The notes: a model not told the origin generated them from the letters alone. 64,000 nucleotides of DNA from Dehalococcoidia bacterium (GCA_963665775.2 CAXXTF010000002.1:1408001-1472000); one strand, 5' to 3'; counted from the stretch's first letter, positions 32,059 through 42,688 are shown. Numbers and translations: made by a program.

Positions 32059-32967
32059 TTAGTCGCTCCTGGGCTCGTCCAATCGCCTCTCGACGTCGTG
32101 GAGGAACCGATCCAGCTCAGGAGAAAGCGTGGGGCTGTCTTCCTCTCGTGCGGGTGACTCCGGCTCTAAATCGTAGGCCGCCTCTAACTCGCGCACCATC
32201 GCTTCCGCACCAGAGTCCTGCCGGGTCTTCTCATCGAGGGCGGCGCACTGACCCCCCGATCTTTTCCGTACGTCGTCTAGGTTCAGAGATAGATCGTAGA
32301 GGCCGGACAGGAGTTCTAGCAGGGCGTTCAGGCCCCGGTAGTACGGGTCCACTTCAAAGTAGCCAGGCAACTGGAGCATCACGGTCAAGGTATCGATTCC
32401 TAGCGGTTGGACCTCGTTAGTAACGAGGCTAAGGATGGAGGTGGGCCCCTGATATGTTCCTGTGCCCACCCTTACGCCGAGCTGGCGCAGTCGCTCTTGA
32501 AGCGCGTCATCGCTGGCGCTGCCGCTAATTATCGGGGGCCTGGTGTGCGGCACCGGTGCCGACATGGAACCTACGCGGCAATAGTGGCGAACCCCAAGAT
32601 GCTGCAGGAGGGCGAGCACAGACGCCACGTACTCCTCGCCGTGCGCATGGGGTTCTAGCATGTTGAGGAGCAGCCAGTCTTGGCCGTCAGTCGCCTGCGC
32701 ATAGTGCAAGGAGGTGTTCGGCAGAGTTAGTTCACGCTGTCCCTCTTTTAGAGTCGTGGTGGGACGATATCGGGTGAAGTCATAAAAGGTGCCCGGCCGA
32801 GTTAGCTGTCCCAGCAGCTCTGCTCGCCACTCCTCCCCCAAGAAGGTCAGGGCCTTCGACCCCACGGAGCCAACGTCGATCCAGGGTCGGAGGGCCGCCA
32901 AGAGACGAGGGTGCCTAAGCTTAGGCACTGGCTCCCGAAGTTCAAAGGCGCCAACTTGGATGGTCAT
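32059..32967 (-). CDS. PAC2 (proteasome assembly chaperone) family protein
   Basis: PWIDVGSVG, FYDFTRYRP, LEPH, VPHTRP, YQGPTSI. Confidence 0.85.
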   Translation of the reverse strand: MTIQVGAFELREPVPKLRHPRLLAALRPWIDVGSVGSKALTFLGEEWRAELLGQLTRPGTFYDFTRYRPTTTLKEGQRELTLPNTSLHYAQATDGQDWLLLNMLEPHAHGEEYVASVLALLQHLGVRHYCRVGSMSAPVPHTRPPIISGSASDDALQERLRQLGVRVGTGTYQGPTSILSLVTNEVQPLGIDTLTVMLQLPGYFEVDPYYRGLNALLELLSGLYDLSLNLDDVRKRSGGQCAALDEKTRQDSGAEAMVRELEAAYDLEPESPAREEDSPTLSPELDRFLHDVERRLDEPRSD

Positions 32968-33074
32968 GGTTAACGCTATATTGCCACGATTCTGTAATGC
33001 AGGCACGCCCTCCGAAGAAACGAGCCTCTGGGCCAGGGGAGCACTTCGCACACCTGCGTCACGCTGTCTGGCCT

Positions 33075-33201
33075 CCTCCCTGCGAGCCAATATCTCGCTC
33101 CGGCGCCCGTAGTAGACGTCTGCGGGCGTGACGTTGCCAATCCCCTCGTGGTTGCGTCGGTTGTTGTAGTACGCGATGAAGGCGGCCACCGCCTCTTCCA
33201 G
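33075..33201 (-). mobile_element. IS3-family transposase C-terminal fragment
   Basis: LEEAVAAFIAYYNNRRNHEGIGNVTPADVYYGR. Confidence 0.75.
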
Positions 33202-33302
33202 CGCAGTGCTAGCAGGTTCGGAAGCGGTGGCGACAACCACAAGAGGGCGAGCCTGTCTGTGCCGCTACCTCGACGTGACGGCGCACTGTGGCTGAATAGT
33301 GT

Positions 33303-33461
33303 TCATCTAATAGGTGGCCGCTGGGCCTGACCTACGGCTATCTTGGGCCCGGGCTCGATCTCTATCCCGCACAGCAGGCAAGCATAGTAGTCACCGTAGA
33401 CGTCGTGCTGACGTACGAGGTCGCCCAGGCATCTGGGACACGCCTTCAGAACGAAACTCAT
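33303..33461 (-). CDS. Small zinc-ribbon protein (52 aa) downstream of c-di-AMP riboswitch 2
   Basis: MSFVLKACPRCLGDLVRQHDVYGDYYACLLCG; colinear with the 13155-13364 protein. Confidence 0.78.
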   Translation of the reverse strand: MSFVLKACPRCLGDLVRQHDVYGDYYACLLCGIEIEPGPKIAVGQAQRPPIR

Positions 33462-33540
33462 ATCGCCCCGGTCCTGCACCCGCTCTGGAGTTCGGTTGCG
33501 CATACAAACCGCCCTTCTCTTGCGGGCCGTCTCACCATGT

Positions 33541-33575
33541 AAAACGGAGCCAAGGGCCTTGCCTCTGGCTCCGTT
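33541..33575 (-). terminator. Intrinsic terminator, expression platform of riboswitch 2
   Basis: Minus strand AACGGAGCCA-gaggcaaggccct-TGGCTCCGTT-TT. Confidence 0.7.
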
Positions 33576-33596
33576 CAACGGCACATGCGGCCCTCT

Positions 33597-33720
33597 CAGT
33601 GGCCTACGAGGTTAGCTGACGGACTAGGGCTGAGAGTAACTACCCTTCCTGCCAATGCAGGATACGCCCCCAGGAATTGGTTCCCCCGTTCCCCAACGAA
33701 GCTGGGGATTTGGCCTTCAA
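33597..33720 (-). ncRNA. c-di-AMP riboswitch (ydaO/yuaA class), copy 2
   Basis: Minus strand GGCCAAATCCCC...GGGGAACGGGGGAACC...GGGGCGTATCC...AGGG...CCCTAGTCCGTCAGCTAACCTCGTAGGCC. Confidence 0.88.
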
Positions 33721-33728
33721 CGTCCCTA

Positions 33729-33758
33729 ATTAGATCACAGCCACCCAAATCCTGTCAA
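33729..33758 (-). promoter_or_regulatory. Sigma70 promoter for the riboswitch 2 transcript
   Basis: TTGACA-18 nt-TCTAAT. Confidence 0.6.
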
Positions 33759-33788
33759 TTAAACCAGGTCGAACGGACTAGCCAAAGC

Positions 33789-35222
33789 CTAGATGTCTGC
33801 CCGCTGGAGCAGCCTGGCGTACTGGACCAGGTGGCGCATGCCCAGGTAGTTCTCGCGTACTCTTTCGCCAGCGTTCCTACCGAGTTGCCCCGCGAAGTCA
33901 CTGTCCTCCAGGAGACGGCGTAACGCGGCGGTGAAGGACTCAAGGTCCGTCGGGTCTTGAAGCAGGAGGCCGTGAACCTCGTTCTCGATCTGGTCCTGGA
34001 TACCCCCGACAGCGCTGGCCACGATGGGGCGACGCTTCCACATGGCCTCGGTGACGGTCAGACCAAAGCCCTCCTCCAGGCTTTTCTGCACCATAACAGC
34101 AGCATGCCGCTGCAGCGCATTCACGATCGCCGCGTTCTCCTCCACGTCCGCCATGGGAAGGCAGGCAAGGCGAATCCGGTTTCGATCCGCATGAGACAGA
34201 CGGCGCCAAGCTTCGACCACCTCGTCGAAAGTAGCGGTCTGTTCGGGGTCGTCGTCGATCGCTCTCACATTGGGGCCCGCCAGGACCAGCTCGGCGTCGG
34301 CGGGTGCCGCGCCGTCCACCATCTCGGCGAATCCCTTGAGCACACCGACCGGGTCCTTCAGCCTATCCCATCGCGACACCTGCACCACCAGCGGCATCTC
34401 CCACATCGGGGCACGACCGACGCGGCTAATGTCGGCCCGGCGGTCCACGCGTCCCGGCGAGCCATCCTCGCGGACGAACGTTGGCGAAGCGTCGCCGGGC
34501 GGCCCTTCGACCAAACCTACATGCACCAGGATGGCCCGGATAGTGGGCTCGTCCAACTCCTGGTTCTTGGCGGAGAAGGGGTCGATGGAGGGCGGAATAA
34601 TAACGCTGCAGCCGCTATCGCAACACGCCGGGATGTACTGTTGACGGGTGAAAACGTTGGCCGCCACGTCCTCCAGGTAGGGGGCCAAGAAGTTCCATCC
34701 CAGATCTACCTGCTCGCTGACCTCGTCAGTGCCTATGTGGCATCGCCAGATCACTATGGCCCCCATCCGTATCAGATAGGGAGCCAGGCCAGCGGTCTGA
34801 GGATCGTGAAGGAGCACGAAATCGCGGGGACGGATCAGTCCTGACAGCTCCTCCGCATTGGCATGAAGCACCCGCTCATAGATGGCGCGTTCGGCCCCTC
34901 CTAGCGGCGTGCCGTCGCCTAAGGACCCGTGTAGAGTGTGGTGTAGGCGCTTGGTGATGTTGAAGAACTCGGGGGTTCCGCTTATGACGATCCATCGGGT
35001 GTCGATGTCTAGCCCGCGGGCGTACGGTAGGAGAGAGCGGATCATCTCGGCTACGCCGCCGCCCCGCGCTGTGGAACTCACGTTCCAGAAGACCCGACCC
35101 ACCATCCTTCTCCGCGCTTCCTCAGCTACTTCATAGACCTCGTGGACCCCTTCCTCCCCGAAAAACGGCAAGAAGCGGTCAATCGGCTGGGCGCTGACCT
35201 GAACCTCGTGCAGCCGGCTCAT
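33789..35222 (-). CDS. treT: Trehalose synthase (TreT-like GT4 glycosyltransferase)
   Basis: STARGGGVAEM, LHDPQ, WRCHI, QVSRWDRLKDP, QKSLEEGFGLTVTEAMWK. Confidence 0.88.
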   Translation of the reverse strand: MSRLHEVQVSAQPIDRFLPFFGEEGVHEVYEVAEEARRRMVGRVFWNVSSTARGGGVAEMIRSLLPYARGLDIDTRWIVISGTPEFFNITKRLHHTLHGSLGDGTPLGGAERAIYERVLHANAEELSGLIRPRDFVLLHDPQTAGLAPYLIRMGAIVIWRCHIGTDEVSEQVDLGWNFLAPYLEDVAANVFTRQQYIPACCDSGCSVIIPPSIDPFSAKNQELDEPTIRAILVHVGLVEGPPGDASPTFVREDGSPGRVDRRADISRVGRAPMWEMPLVVQVSRWDRLKDPVGVLKGFAEMVDGAAPADAELVLAGPNVRAIDDDPEQTATFDEVVEAWRRLSHADRNRIRLACLPMADVEENAAIVNALQRHAAVMVQKSLEEGFGLTVTEAMWKRRPIVASAVGGIQDQIENEVHGLLLQDPTDLESFTAALRRLLEDSDFAGQLGRNAGERVRENYLGMRHLVQYARLLQRADI

Positions 35223-35468
35223 GTCGTTCGTCTCATCCGTAAATCAGACAAGCAGATCACATTAAATAGAACGCTTTCCATGGCTCCAATGTTGCACAAC
35301 ACAGCCGGCCTGCGAGCAAGGGTTTCGGCCAAGTCCCGTGGGTCTCACTGACGCTACTCAGTGACTTGCCGATCTGACCAGCTATCATGAGATATGCATT
35401 TGCGTCATCAGGTACTGTTACGTAAAATGGCTGCGCTAAACGGGCGCTAGCTAGAGGAGGTAATACCA

Positions 35469-35753
35469 ATGGCATTGTTTATCGCTCTCGGTCGCTCCAC
35501 GGACGACGGGCTCAAGAACATCGCCGACATGACGGCGCGGCACAACGCCGCGGTCGAACGCGTCGAGGCGGCTGGGGTGAAGGTGCATGGCACCTACGCC
35601 GTCATGGGCCGCTACGACTATGTGGTGATCCTCGACGCGGCCGACATGGCCACCTGCATCCGGGTTCTCAGCAAGGAGGCATCCGGCGGGAACATCCGCT
35701 ACGAGACGATGCCTGCTATCTCCTCGAACGAGTTCGCTAGCCTGCTGTCCTAG
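35469..35753 (+). CDS. GYD domain protein
   Basis: MGRYDYVVILDA, GNIRYETMPA; SD GAGGAGGT. Confidence 0.85.
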   Translation: MALFIALGRSTDDGLKNIADMTARHNAAVERVEAAGVKVHGTYAVMGRYDYVVILDAADMATCIRVLSKEASGGNIRYETMPAISSNEFASLLS

Positions 35754-35914
35754 TCAGATCGTCATATCGGGGCCCTCTATACCAGCCGCATGATGACGAA
35801 GAGGACGAAAATGGCCACCATGGGGCGAGGGTGCTAACCACCAGTAGTTATGCCCAGCCACGGGTGTCCCAGGCGCACCAGGCGTGCAACTCGCGACCGT
35901 CCACCTCGAAGACG

Positions 35915-37615
35915 CTAGCTCTCCGCATGGTAGTCGCGCCGCCGGCGGGCCAGCACCGCCTGCACCTCCTGGCTGGGCACCCCGAACCGATGCAGCGTGT
36001 GCCTCACGAACTCCAGCCCCACCTCGAACTCCCCGTGCACCACCTCGGCGGCACCGGCCCCACGGAGCCGCAGATGGCTCTCCTCCTCGCCGCCGCGCGC
36101 GACGATGTCCAGCCGCGGGCTGATCTGGTGGGCCGCCACCGCCACCGCCTCCACCTGCGACACGTCGGTCAGCGTCACCGCCAGTAGCCGCGCCTCCTCC
36201 AGCCCTGCCTGCGCCAGGACGGCGGGTAGCGCCGGGTCGCCCAAGATGCAGGGCACCCCCTGTGCCTGCAACTGGCGGATTACCACCGGATCCTGGTCGA
36301 TGACAAGAAAGCGAAAGTCCCTGAAGGAGAGAGCTGCTGCCACCTCCCGTCCCGCCTCGTTGAATCCGCAAATGACCGCGTGGTTCACCAGCGCCTTGGG
36401 CTCAGGGACGTGGGCCTCGGTTCGCTCCTCCATGAGCCCTCCCAAACCGGGCGCACTCCGCAGGGCTCGGAGCAGCGCATCCTGTCCCAGGAAAAGGAGG
36501 GGGCTGACGGCGATGCTCAGAAGGATGGCAGCCAGCACCGCCTCATTGATCTCTACATCGAAGACACCCTCGCTCACGCCCTGGCTAGCCAGGACGAAGG
36601 AGAACTCCCCCATGTTCCCCAGAGCGATTCCCGCCGTCAGAGCAGCCTTCCGCGTATACCCGAAGGCCACGGCGATCCCGCTTACCAGCACCAGCTTGCC
36701 GACGATCCCCAGCGCCGCCGCGCCGAACACGATCTCAGGCTGGTCCACGAAGCTGTTGGGATCGATAAGCATACCGACGGCCACGAAGAAGACCACCGCG
36801 AATACCTCTCGCAGGGGGAACACCTCGGCCAGCGTCCTGTGAGCGTACTCCGACTCCGAGACCAGGAGCCCGGCCAGGAACGCTCCGAAGGCCAGGGTTA
36901 GGCCCGCCAGGGAGCTGACGGAGGCGGTGCCCAGAGCCAGCGCCACTACGGTGAGGAGGAACAGCTCTCGGGAACGCGCCAGGCTAACCCGCGCCAGGAC
37001 CCGCGGCACTATCAATGTACCGACGATCCACACACCGACCAGCAGCCCCGCCGCTTTAGCAGCCGCCAGCCCCAGGGACGGCAGAACGTTCTCTTCATCC
37101 CCAGCGATTACCGGGATCATGACGATGAGTGGCACCACCGCCATGTCCTGGATGAGGGCGAAGGCCACGCCCGCTCTGCCCGCCGCCGCGCCTATCTCGC
37201 CCCGGTCCTCCAGGAGGCGTAGCGCCACCATCGTGCTGGAGATGGAGATAACCGCGCCCAGGAGCAGCGCCTCGTCCGTCGATAGCCCCAGGGCCCAGCC
37301 CAGCAGGACGCCCAGGCCGATCATCACCCCAATCTGGCTCAGCCCGCCGAACACGGCGAGGCCGCGCACCCGTACCAGCTCGCGCAGCGAGAAGCGGATG
37401 CCCAGCGTGAACATCAGGAGGGCCACACCCAGATCGGCCACCGTCTGCACTTCGTCGATGTCGCCGACCAGGCCGGGGGTATTGGGCCCGATGGCGAGGC
37501 CCGCCGCCAGATAGCCTAGCAGAGACGGCAGCCGCAGCAATCGAGCCACCACCCCGCCCACGAGCGCAGCCGCCATCACGACGGCCAGGTTACCTACGAG
37601 GCCAAGTTCTTCCAT
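35915..37615 (-). CDS. Kef-type cation:proton antiporter (CPA2) with TrkA-N/KTN domain
   Basis: GVALLMFTLG, SISSTMVA, LIQD, GAFLAG, GEFSFVL; C-terminal VICGF...GDP. Confidence 0.9.
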   Translation of the reverse strand: MEELGLVGNLAVVMAAALVGGVVARLLRLPSLLGYLAAGLAIGPNTPGLVGDIDEVQTVADLGVALLMFTLGIRFSLRELVRVRGLAVFGGLSQIGVMIGLGVLLGWALGLSTDEALLLGAVISISSTMVALRLLEDRGEIGAAAGRAGVAFALIQDMAVVPLIVMIPVIAGDEENVLPSLGLAAAKAAGLLVGVWIVGTLIVPRVLARVSLARSRELFLLTVVALALGTASVSSLAGLTLAFGAFLAGLLVSESEYAHRTLAEVFPLREVFAVVFFVAVGMLIDPNSFVDQPEIVFGAAALGIVGKLVLVSGIAVAFGYTRKAALTAGIALGNMGEFSFVLASQGVSEGVFDVEINEAVLAAILLSIAVSPLLFLGQDALLRALRSAPGLGGLMEERTEAHVPEPKALVNHAVICGFNEAGREVAAALSFRDFRFLVIDQDPVVIRQLQAQGVPCILGDPALPAVLAQAGLEEARLLAVTLTDVSQVEAVAVAAHQISPRLDIVARGGEEESHLRLRGAGAAEVVHGEFEVGLEFVRHTLHRFGVPSQEVQAVLARRRRDYHAES

Positions 37616-37758
37616 AGAAAACCGTCAGCAGGTCTGTCGGGCGCGCGCGCAACTGCAGAGAATAAGAGCTGGCTGATACCGGCAGGGGCGATCCCGGCCG
37701 TATCGTATCACGATCGGCCGCTGCACCACCTGAGGCTGGTTCTACGCGGACAGGTGGC

Positions 37759-37968
37759 TTTGGGGGGAGAAAATCACATGCGTATCTGAGAGGTTAGGCA
37801 GCCAGCCAGTCTTACTCGTGATGTAGGCCGCCCAGCACGGGCCCAGCCACGATCCGCTCGGACTGCGGCGCCACCTGTCGCCGAGGTTCCAGGCTGGGTC
37901 GACGCGGCTGGCGGGAGCGGACTGCGAGTTGCTGGCGGAGAGCAATATTCTCCAGGACGAGATGTTGC
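37759..37968 (-). mobile_element. Collapsed remnant of the same rve IS family
   Basis: LVLENIALRQQLAV joined to GPVLGGLHHE*DWLAA* and end motif CAGATACGCATGTGATTTT. Confidence 0.7.
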
Positions 37969-37969
37969 T

Positions 37970-38123
37970 CCATGGCCGTGTTGTCCAGGGGCCGGATGTC
38001 GCAGGACGACGTGGCGTCCTCGTCCAGGACCTGCCCCAGGGCCTCTATGATGGGCTTCTCCTCCGGCCCCAGCACATCTACGTAGCCGAGGATACGCTCT
38101 AGAGCCTCTTCAACGCTGATCAC
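37970..38123 (-). pseudogene. moeA: MoeA (molybdopterin molybdotransferase) N-terminal fragment
   Basis: ISVEEALERIL...EALGQVLDED...DIRPLDNTAM then an IS junction. Confidence 0.8.
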
Positions 38124-38154
38124 AGGCGTTCACATCTCATCCCTTTAGGAGTCG

Positions 38155-38415
38155 CTACTCCTCCCCCGGGCTGATACCCCAGCTTACTAGGCAGGTGTTC
38201 GTCCGCAGCACTCCGTCCACCCGCTGGATGCCGCCCGTTATCGCCTGCCCTAGAGTGTCTAGGTCGTCCGATTCCAGAAGAACGATAATGTCATAGGGAC
38301 CCGTCACCGTGTCCACGGAGATCACCTCCGCGTCCTTGAGCCGCAGTTTCCTTACCCCATCCCCCACGGCTTTCGCGGTCCGTACGGCGGATTCGATGAG
38401 TACGTATGCCCGCAT
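38155..38415 (-). CDS. Stand-alone Lrp/AsnC ligand-binding domain protein
   Basis: MRAYVLIE, VTGPYDIIV, I..VDGV.RT.TC. Confidence 0.85.
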   Translation of the reverse strand: MRAYVLIESAVRTAKAVGDGVRKLRLKDAEVISVDTVTGPYDIIVLLESDDLDTLGQAITGGIQRVDGVLRTNTCLVSWGISPGEE

Positions 38416-38606
38416 GGTCCGGCACCTCCTTCTGGCCGCACCGCGCCAGCGGCTCACGGCTGCAGAGAATCATGACACGGTTTACCGCGTTGGAGTGGGC
38501 CCAGACGCGTTCTTGCACCTGCTGCATCCTATAATAGCGGTCAGCCCTCATCCGGGCCAACACGACCTATGTCTTCTGAATCAGAGGCAGCGTATAAGGT
38601 AAGGAG

Positions 38607-39553
38607 GGTTCCGTCAGAACTCAGGGCGCGGGGGTAAACTTGTCTCAATGTAGGAGAGGAGCCACCCATGAACTGCCCACACTGCCGATCGACGGCCACC
38701 AGCAAACGGATGCACCGCACCACCCTGGGATACCTCAGGTTCTCGTGTAGGTCTTGCCATCGTCGCTTCAACGAACGTACCGGTACGCCCTACAACGATC
38801 TCCAGTTCCCCACCGACATCGTCCTGTTGGCGGTCCTCTGGCGGCTACGCTACAAGCTAGGGTTCCGCGACGTCGCCGAACTGCTCCTTCAGCGAGGCTA
38901 CGAGGTCACGCACGAGACAGTACGGGCCTGGGAGTTCCGGTTTGCTCCTCTCCTGGGCGAACAACTGCGTACCCGGCGGCGCGGCCAGACAAGAGGTCTC
39001 TCCTGGTATCTAGATGAGACCTACGTGAAGGTCAGCGGTCGTTGGCGTTACCTGTACCGCGCCATTGACCCGGACGGCAATCTCCTAGACTCGATGCTGA
39101 GTGAGCGAAGGGATAGAGCGGCTGCCCGTCTCTTTCTACGGCGGCTGGCCGACGTCACGACCCACAAGCCGTTGCGCCTCACCACCGATCAGCATCCGGC
39201 CTACGGAAAGGCGATCCGCTGGATACTGGGACGGAAGGTCTTGCACCGGCAGAGCCGGTACCTGAACAATCGTATCGAGCAGGACCATCGGGCCATAAAA
39301 CAGCGCTACTACCCCATGCTGGGGTTCAAGCGAATGGAGTCGGCGAAGCGCTTCTGCTCGGCGTTCGAAGAGTTGCGTCAGTACTTGCGCATCCGCCCGC
39401 CCATTGGCAAGCAGGTGTCGTTGCCAGAGAGACGTCGAGTCTTCCTAGAGAGATGGAAAGCGTTGACGGCGGAGATGGCAGCGGCGTAATCGGTTCGGAT
39501 TTCGAACCGAGATTCATCTCCGCGGCATTGGCGCCCTGAGTTCTGACAGAACC
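38607..39553 (+). mobile_element. IS6-family insertion sequence (transposase 38668-39489)
   Basis: 23 bp IR GGTTCCGTCAGAACTCAGGGCGC with one mismatch; WYLDETYVKV, YLYRAID, NNRIEQDHR; N-terminal zinc finger; no target duplication seen. Confidence 0.93.
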
Positions 39554-39669
39554 CATATCGCCTCCCTCCTCCAGCCATGTCACGTCAACAATTGTGTCCG
39601 CTGTCAATCACGAGGCCTGATCGAGTCGAACTGCATCGGTCTCCTGAGCGGTCTGGGCCTAGAACTTTC

Positions 39670-40845
39670 CTAACGTACGCGGCCGATCGCAAACTTCAGG
39701 TAATCGCCTTCGGGGAACGCTGACAAGACCGGGTGGTCGAATGCGGCGCCGTACAGGGCTTCGAACACCCAGTGGCGGCCGGCTTGGCGGGCACCGGCCT
39801 CGATACTTGCCAGAAAGTCGTCCTTCCCGAAGTGGCTGGAGCACGATGACGCGCACAGCAGACCGCCCGGCGCGGTGACCGCCGACGCCAGCTTGTGCAA
39901 TCGCTGGTAGGCCTGGCGCGCCGCAGGCACCGCATCCTTATTAGGGGCGAAGCTAGGCGGGTCGGAGATAACGATGTCCCATCGATCGCCGCGCTCGATC
40001 GCCGCCTTCAAGAATGCGAAGGCATCGAGTGCGTGAAACCTCGCGCGATCCATGGGCAGATTGTTCAGTTCAAAGTTGCGCCGCGCGGCCTCGATCACGG
40101 GTCTCGCCATGTCGACGGTGTCCGTGCTGCGGGCGCCGGCCACCGCCGCCTGCACCGCGAAGCCACCCGTGTAGCCGAACAGGTTCAGGACGGACTTGCC
40201 ACGGGCGCGCCCCGCCACTCGTACACGGTTCTCGCGCTGGTCGATGAAGAGGCCGCCCTTTTGTCCGTGCGCCAGATCTACTACGAACCGGACGGCGTTC
40301 TCCAGAACCTCTCGTTCGTCTTCCTTGGCACCCGTCTTGCGCGAGGATCGATCCAGCACCGCCCGAATCGGCAAACGCGGTCGCGCTGCCAAGCGTAGCC
40401 GCGGTTCAAACGGATCGTAGAAAGCGCCTGCACCGTCACCGTCAAAACGAACGACGGCGGTGTCGGCATAGAAGTCGACGTGTACGCCTGGTAGGAGATC
40501 ACCCTCACCGTGCACCCAGCGAAATACGTTGGTCTTCGAAAGATCTAGTCGCTCCAGTCGGCGGTCCAGCGCCGCTCGCAGCCGTTCCGCGAGTAGCGAG
40601 TCCGGATCTGCGAAACGGTGGCCGGGTCCGCCCGATTCCAGCACCCGCACGGCGATCGGTGATCGCTTGTCCCAGAAGCCCCGGGCGATGGGTCTTCCAT
40701 CGCGCGTGTGGATTTCGACGAAGGCGCCATCGTCCGGGATGACGCGAACATCCAGCGCATCTCGGTAGATCCAGGGGCGGCCCTGTCGAATGGAGCGCGA
40801 AAGGTTCTTCTTGAGAACCACGGCGCGCGGCCGATCGCGGGTCAT
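39670..40845 (-). CDS. RlmI-like class I SAM-dependent rRNA methyltransferase
   Basis: PUA-like PWIY, HGEGDLLPG, GQKGGLFIDQRENR, VLNLFGYTGGF, SDPPSF. Confidence 0.88.
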   Translation of the reverse strand: MTRDRPRAVVLKKNLSRSIRQGRPWIYRDALDVRVIPDDGAFVEIHTRDGRPIARGFWDKRSPIAVRVLESGGPGHRFADPDSLLAERLRAALDRRLERLDLSKTNVFRWVHGEGDLLPGVHVDFYADTAVVRFDGDGAGAFYDPFEPRLRLAARPRLPIRAVLDRSSRKTGAKEDEREVLENAVRFVVDLAHGQKGGLFIDQRENRVRVAGRARGKSVLNLFGYTGGFAVQAAVAGARSTDTVDMARPVIEAARRNFELNNLPMDRARFHALDAFAFLKAAIERGDRWDIVISDPPSFAPNKDAVPAARQAYQRLHKLASAVTAPGGLLCASSCSSHFGKDDFLASIEAGARQAGRHWVFEALYGAAFDHPVLSAFPEGDYLKFAIGRVR

Positions 40846-41273
40846 GCTGAAGGCACTGCGCGAGCGTCGCCGCAGCTTACTGGTTCGGCGCCTCTCATCG
40901 GTGCTCCTCCACTTCTCCTTTTGCCCGCATCAATCGCCAGGTCACCGAGGCCGACCTAACCATGGGCACGGAGGCGTGGCTCAGCCTCCCCCGAAAGGGA
41001 GAGGAAGTGTTGCCGGGCGGAGAGCCGTTCCTCGTCACCGCGAGCAGGATAGTGGTTCGCCATGACGCCAGTTTACTCCCACAAGACAGATTATGGGAGG
41101 CGATTCCGCGTTCTCATCTTTGGGATTCGCACCTGTGGAGCGGCAATGGTCTGTCCGTAACTGAAGAGGTCGGCTTAACTTTCTTCCGGACCAGAGTGAT
41201 GCATATTCGTTGACGGCGCCAAGGAACGCCGCACTACTAGACCGAACGGCATCGCTTAGGAAGGAGGAGCATC

Positions 41274-41522
41274 ATGACTGCCAAGCGCCACCGCAAAAGG
41301 ATCGTCCGCGAACTGCCGCCCGCAGGCACCACCCTACAGGGTAGGTTCAGAAGCGAGAACTTCTCCGCCACCATGCTGGAGGCCGACGGGCTCCTGGCCG
41401 GTAGAGGAGTGAAGTTCGGCGAGGATATCTATCCTTCCCTTAGTGCAGCGGCCAGGGCCATCACGAAGCAGTCCGTGAACGGCTGGCGCTTCTGGCAGCC
41501 GGTCGAGCAAGACCACCATTAA
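41274..41522 (+). CDS. Small RAMA/DUF2924-like DNA-binding protein
   Basis: YPSLSAAARAIT...NGWRFW; SD AAGGAGGA. Confidence 0.75.
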   Translation: MTAKRHRKRIVRELPPAGTTLQGRFRSENFSATMLEADGLLAGRGVKFGEDIYPSLSAAARAITKQSVNGWRFWQPVEQDHH

Positions 41523-41701
41523 GCCGGGCCCATCACGGGCCACTTCAGCCGCCGGCAGCCCGTCTGACCGGCGGCTGGCTTCTGTCAGGCAGCCGAGCAA
41601 CTCGAACGCCTCTGGTGGCAACCAGCTCTGCAGTGTACCTCCCATTTTCTCGCACATTCGCCCCATCTTCGCTTGACTTCGTCGCCCCATCAGAGTGATG
41701 A

Positions 41702-42688
41702 ATGTACGTGCCTACCATGATTAGAATGCAGCGACACACCACGGTCAGAAGAGGTTACGGAAACGGCCGTCTTCAGCGAGACCTTGGTTCCCTCATCGAC
41801 CTCTACCTGCTTCGCTGTCAGGTCGAGGGGAAGTCACCCCAGACGGTCAGAGCCTACGCCGAGACCCTCCGGCGCTTCGCCAAGATCGCCCACGAAGAAG
41901 GCTTCCCCAAGGAGACCGCTGGCATCAACCCGGCGCACCTCTACGCCTATCTCGGCCGCTACACCAGCCACTCCCTAGAGACCCGCCATCGCTACTTCCG
42001 GGAGGTGCGCTGCTTCTTCAACTGGCTCGTGGCGGCTGACTACCTGCAGGAGTCGCCCTTCCGCTCCCTCCGCAACGCCCGCCTGCCGCAGAGGATCGTC
42101 CAGCCGTTCTCCCCGGAGGAAGTGGCCGGGCTACTGACCTGCTGCGATCCTGACACACCGGCGGGGGTCCGCGACCAGGCCATCCTCCTCACCCTTCTGG
42201 ACACCGGCGTGCGCTGCTCGGAGTTGGTGCAGCTCGACCTGGCCGATTTGGACCTGGAGAGCGGACGCCTGCGGGTCCTCCACGGCAAGGGGAACAAGCA
42301 GCGGGTCGTTCCCTTCGCCTCCAGGTGCCGGGAGGCGCTAGTCCGCTACCTCGCCTTTCGGGGCGATGCGCTGGGTCCGCTGTTCCTCGCCACCACTGGC
42401 CACGGTCGGCTCCTCCCCGGCGTGGGCCTGCGCAACAACGGCCTCAAGCAGATGCTGCGGCGTCGGGGCCGTGAGGCCGGCCTCCCCAAGGTCCACGCTC
42501 ATCGCTTCCGCCACACGTTCGCCACCTGGGCGATCGAGCAGGACGCCCGCGAGCTGGACGTCCAATATCTCCTGGGCCACTCCTCGCCGGATATGGTCCG
42601 CCGCTACGCCTCGACATACAACTGTGAGAAGGCCGCCCAGAGGCACGCGGCCTTCTCGCCGGGCGACCTCCTCAGCGCATCTCTCTAG
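41702..42688 (+). CDS. Tyrosine recombinase/integrase 2 (paralog of integrase 1)
   Basis: LLDTGVRCSEL, HGKGNKQRVV, HAHRFRHTFATWAIEQ, LLGHS, RRY. Confidence 0.93.
   Translation: MYVPTMIRMQRHTTVRRGYGNGRLQRDLGSLIDLYLLRCQVEGKSPQTVRAYAETLRRFAKIAHEEGFPKETAGINPAHLYAYLGRYTSHSLETRHRYFREVRCFFNWLVAADYLQESPFRSLRNARLPQRIVQPFSPEEVAGLLTCCDPDTPAGVRDQAILLTLLDTGVRCSELVQLDLADLDLESGRLRVLHGKGNKQRVVPFASRCREALVRYLAFRGDALGPLFLATTGHGRLLPGVGLRNNGLKQMLRRRGREAGLPKVHAHRFRHTFATWAIEQDARELDVQYLLGHSSPDMVRRYASTYNCEKAAQRHAAFSPGDLLSASL

Noticed and set aside
32968-33240. N-terminal extension of the PAC2 protein
   Set aside because: Chance in-frame IS3 fragment; the PAC2 domain begins at ATG 32967
38607-40845. Composite transposon carrying the RlmI-like gene
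   Set aside because: Only one IS6 copy in the window and no target duplication
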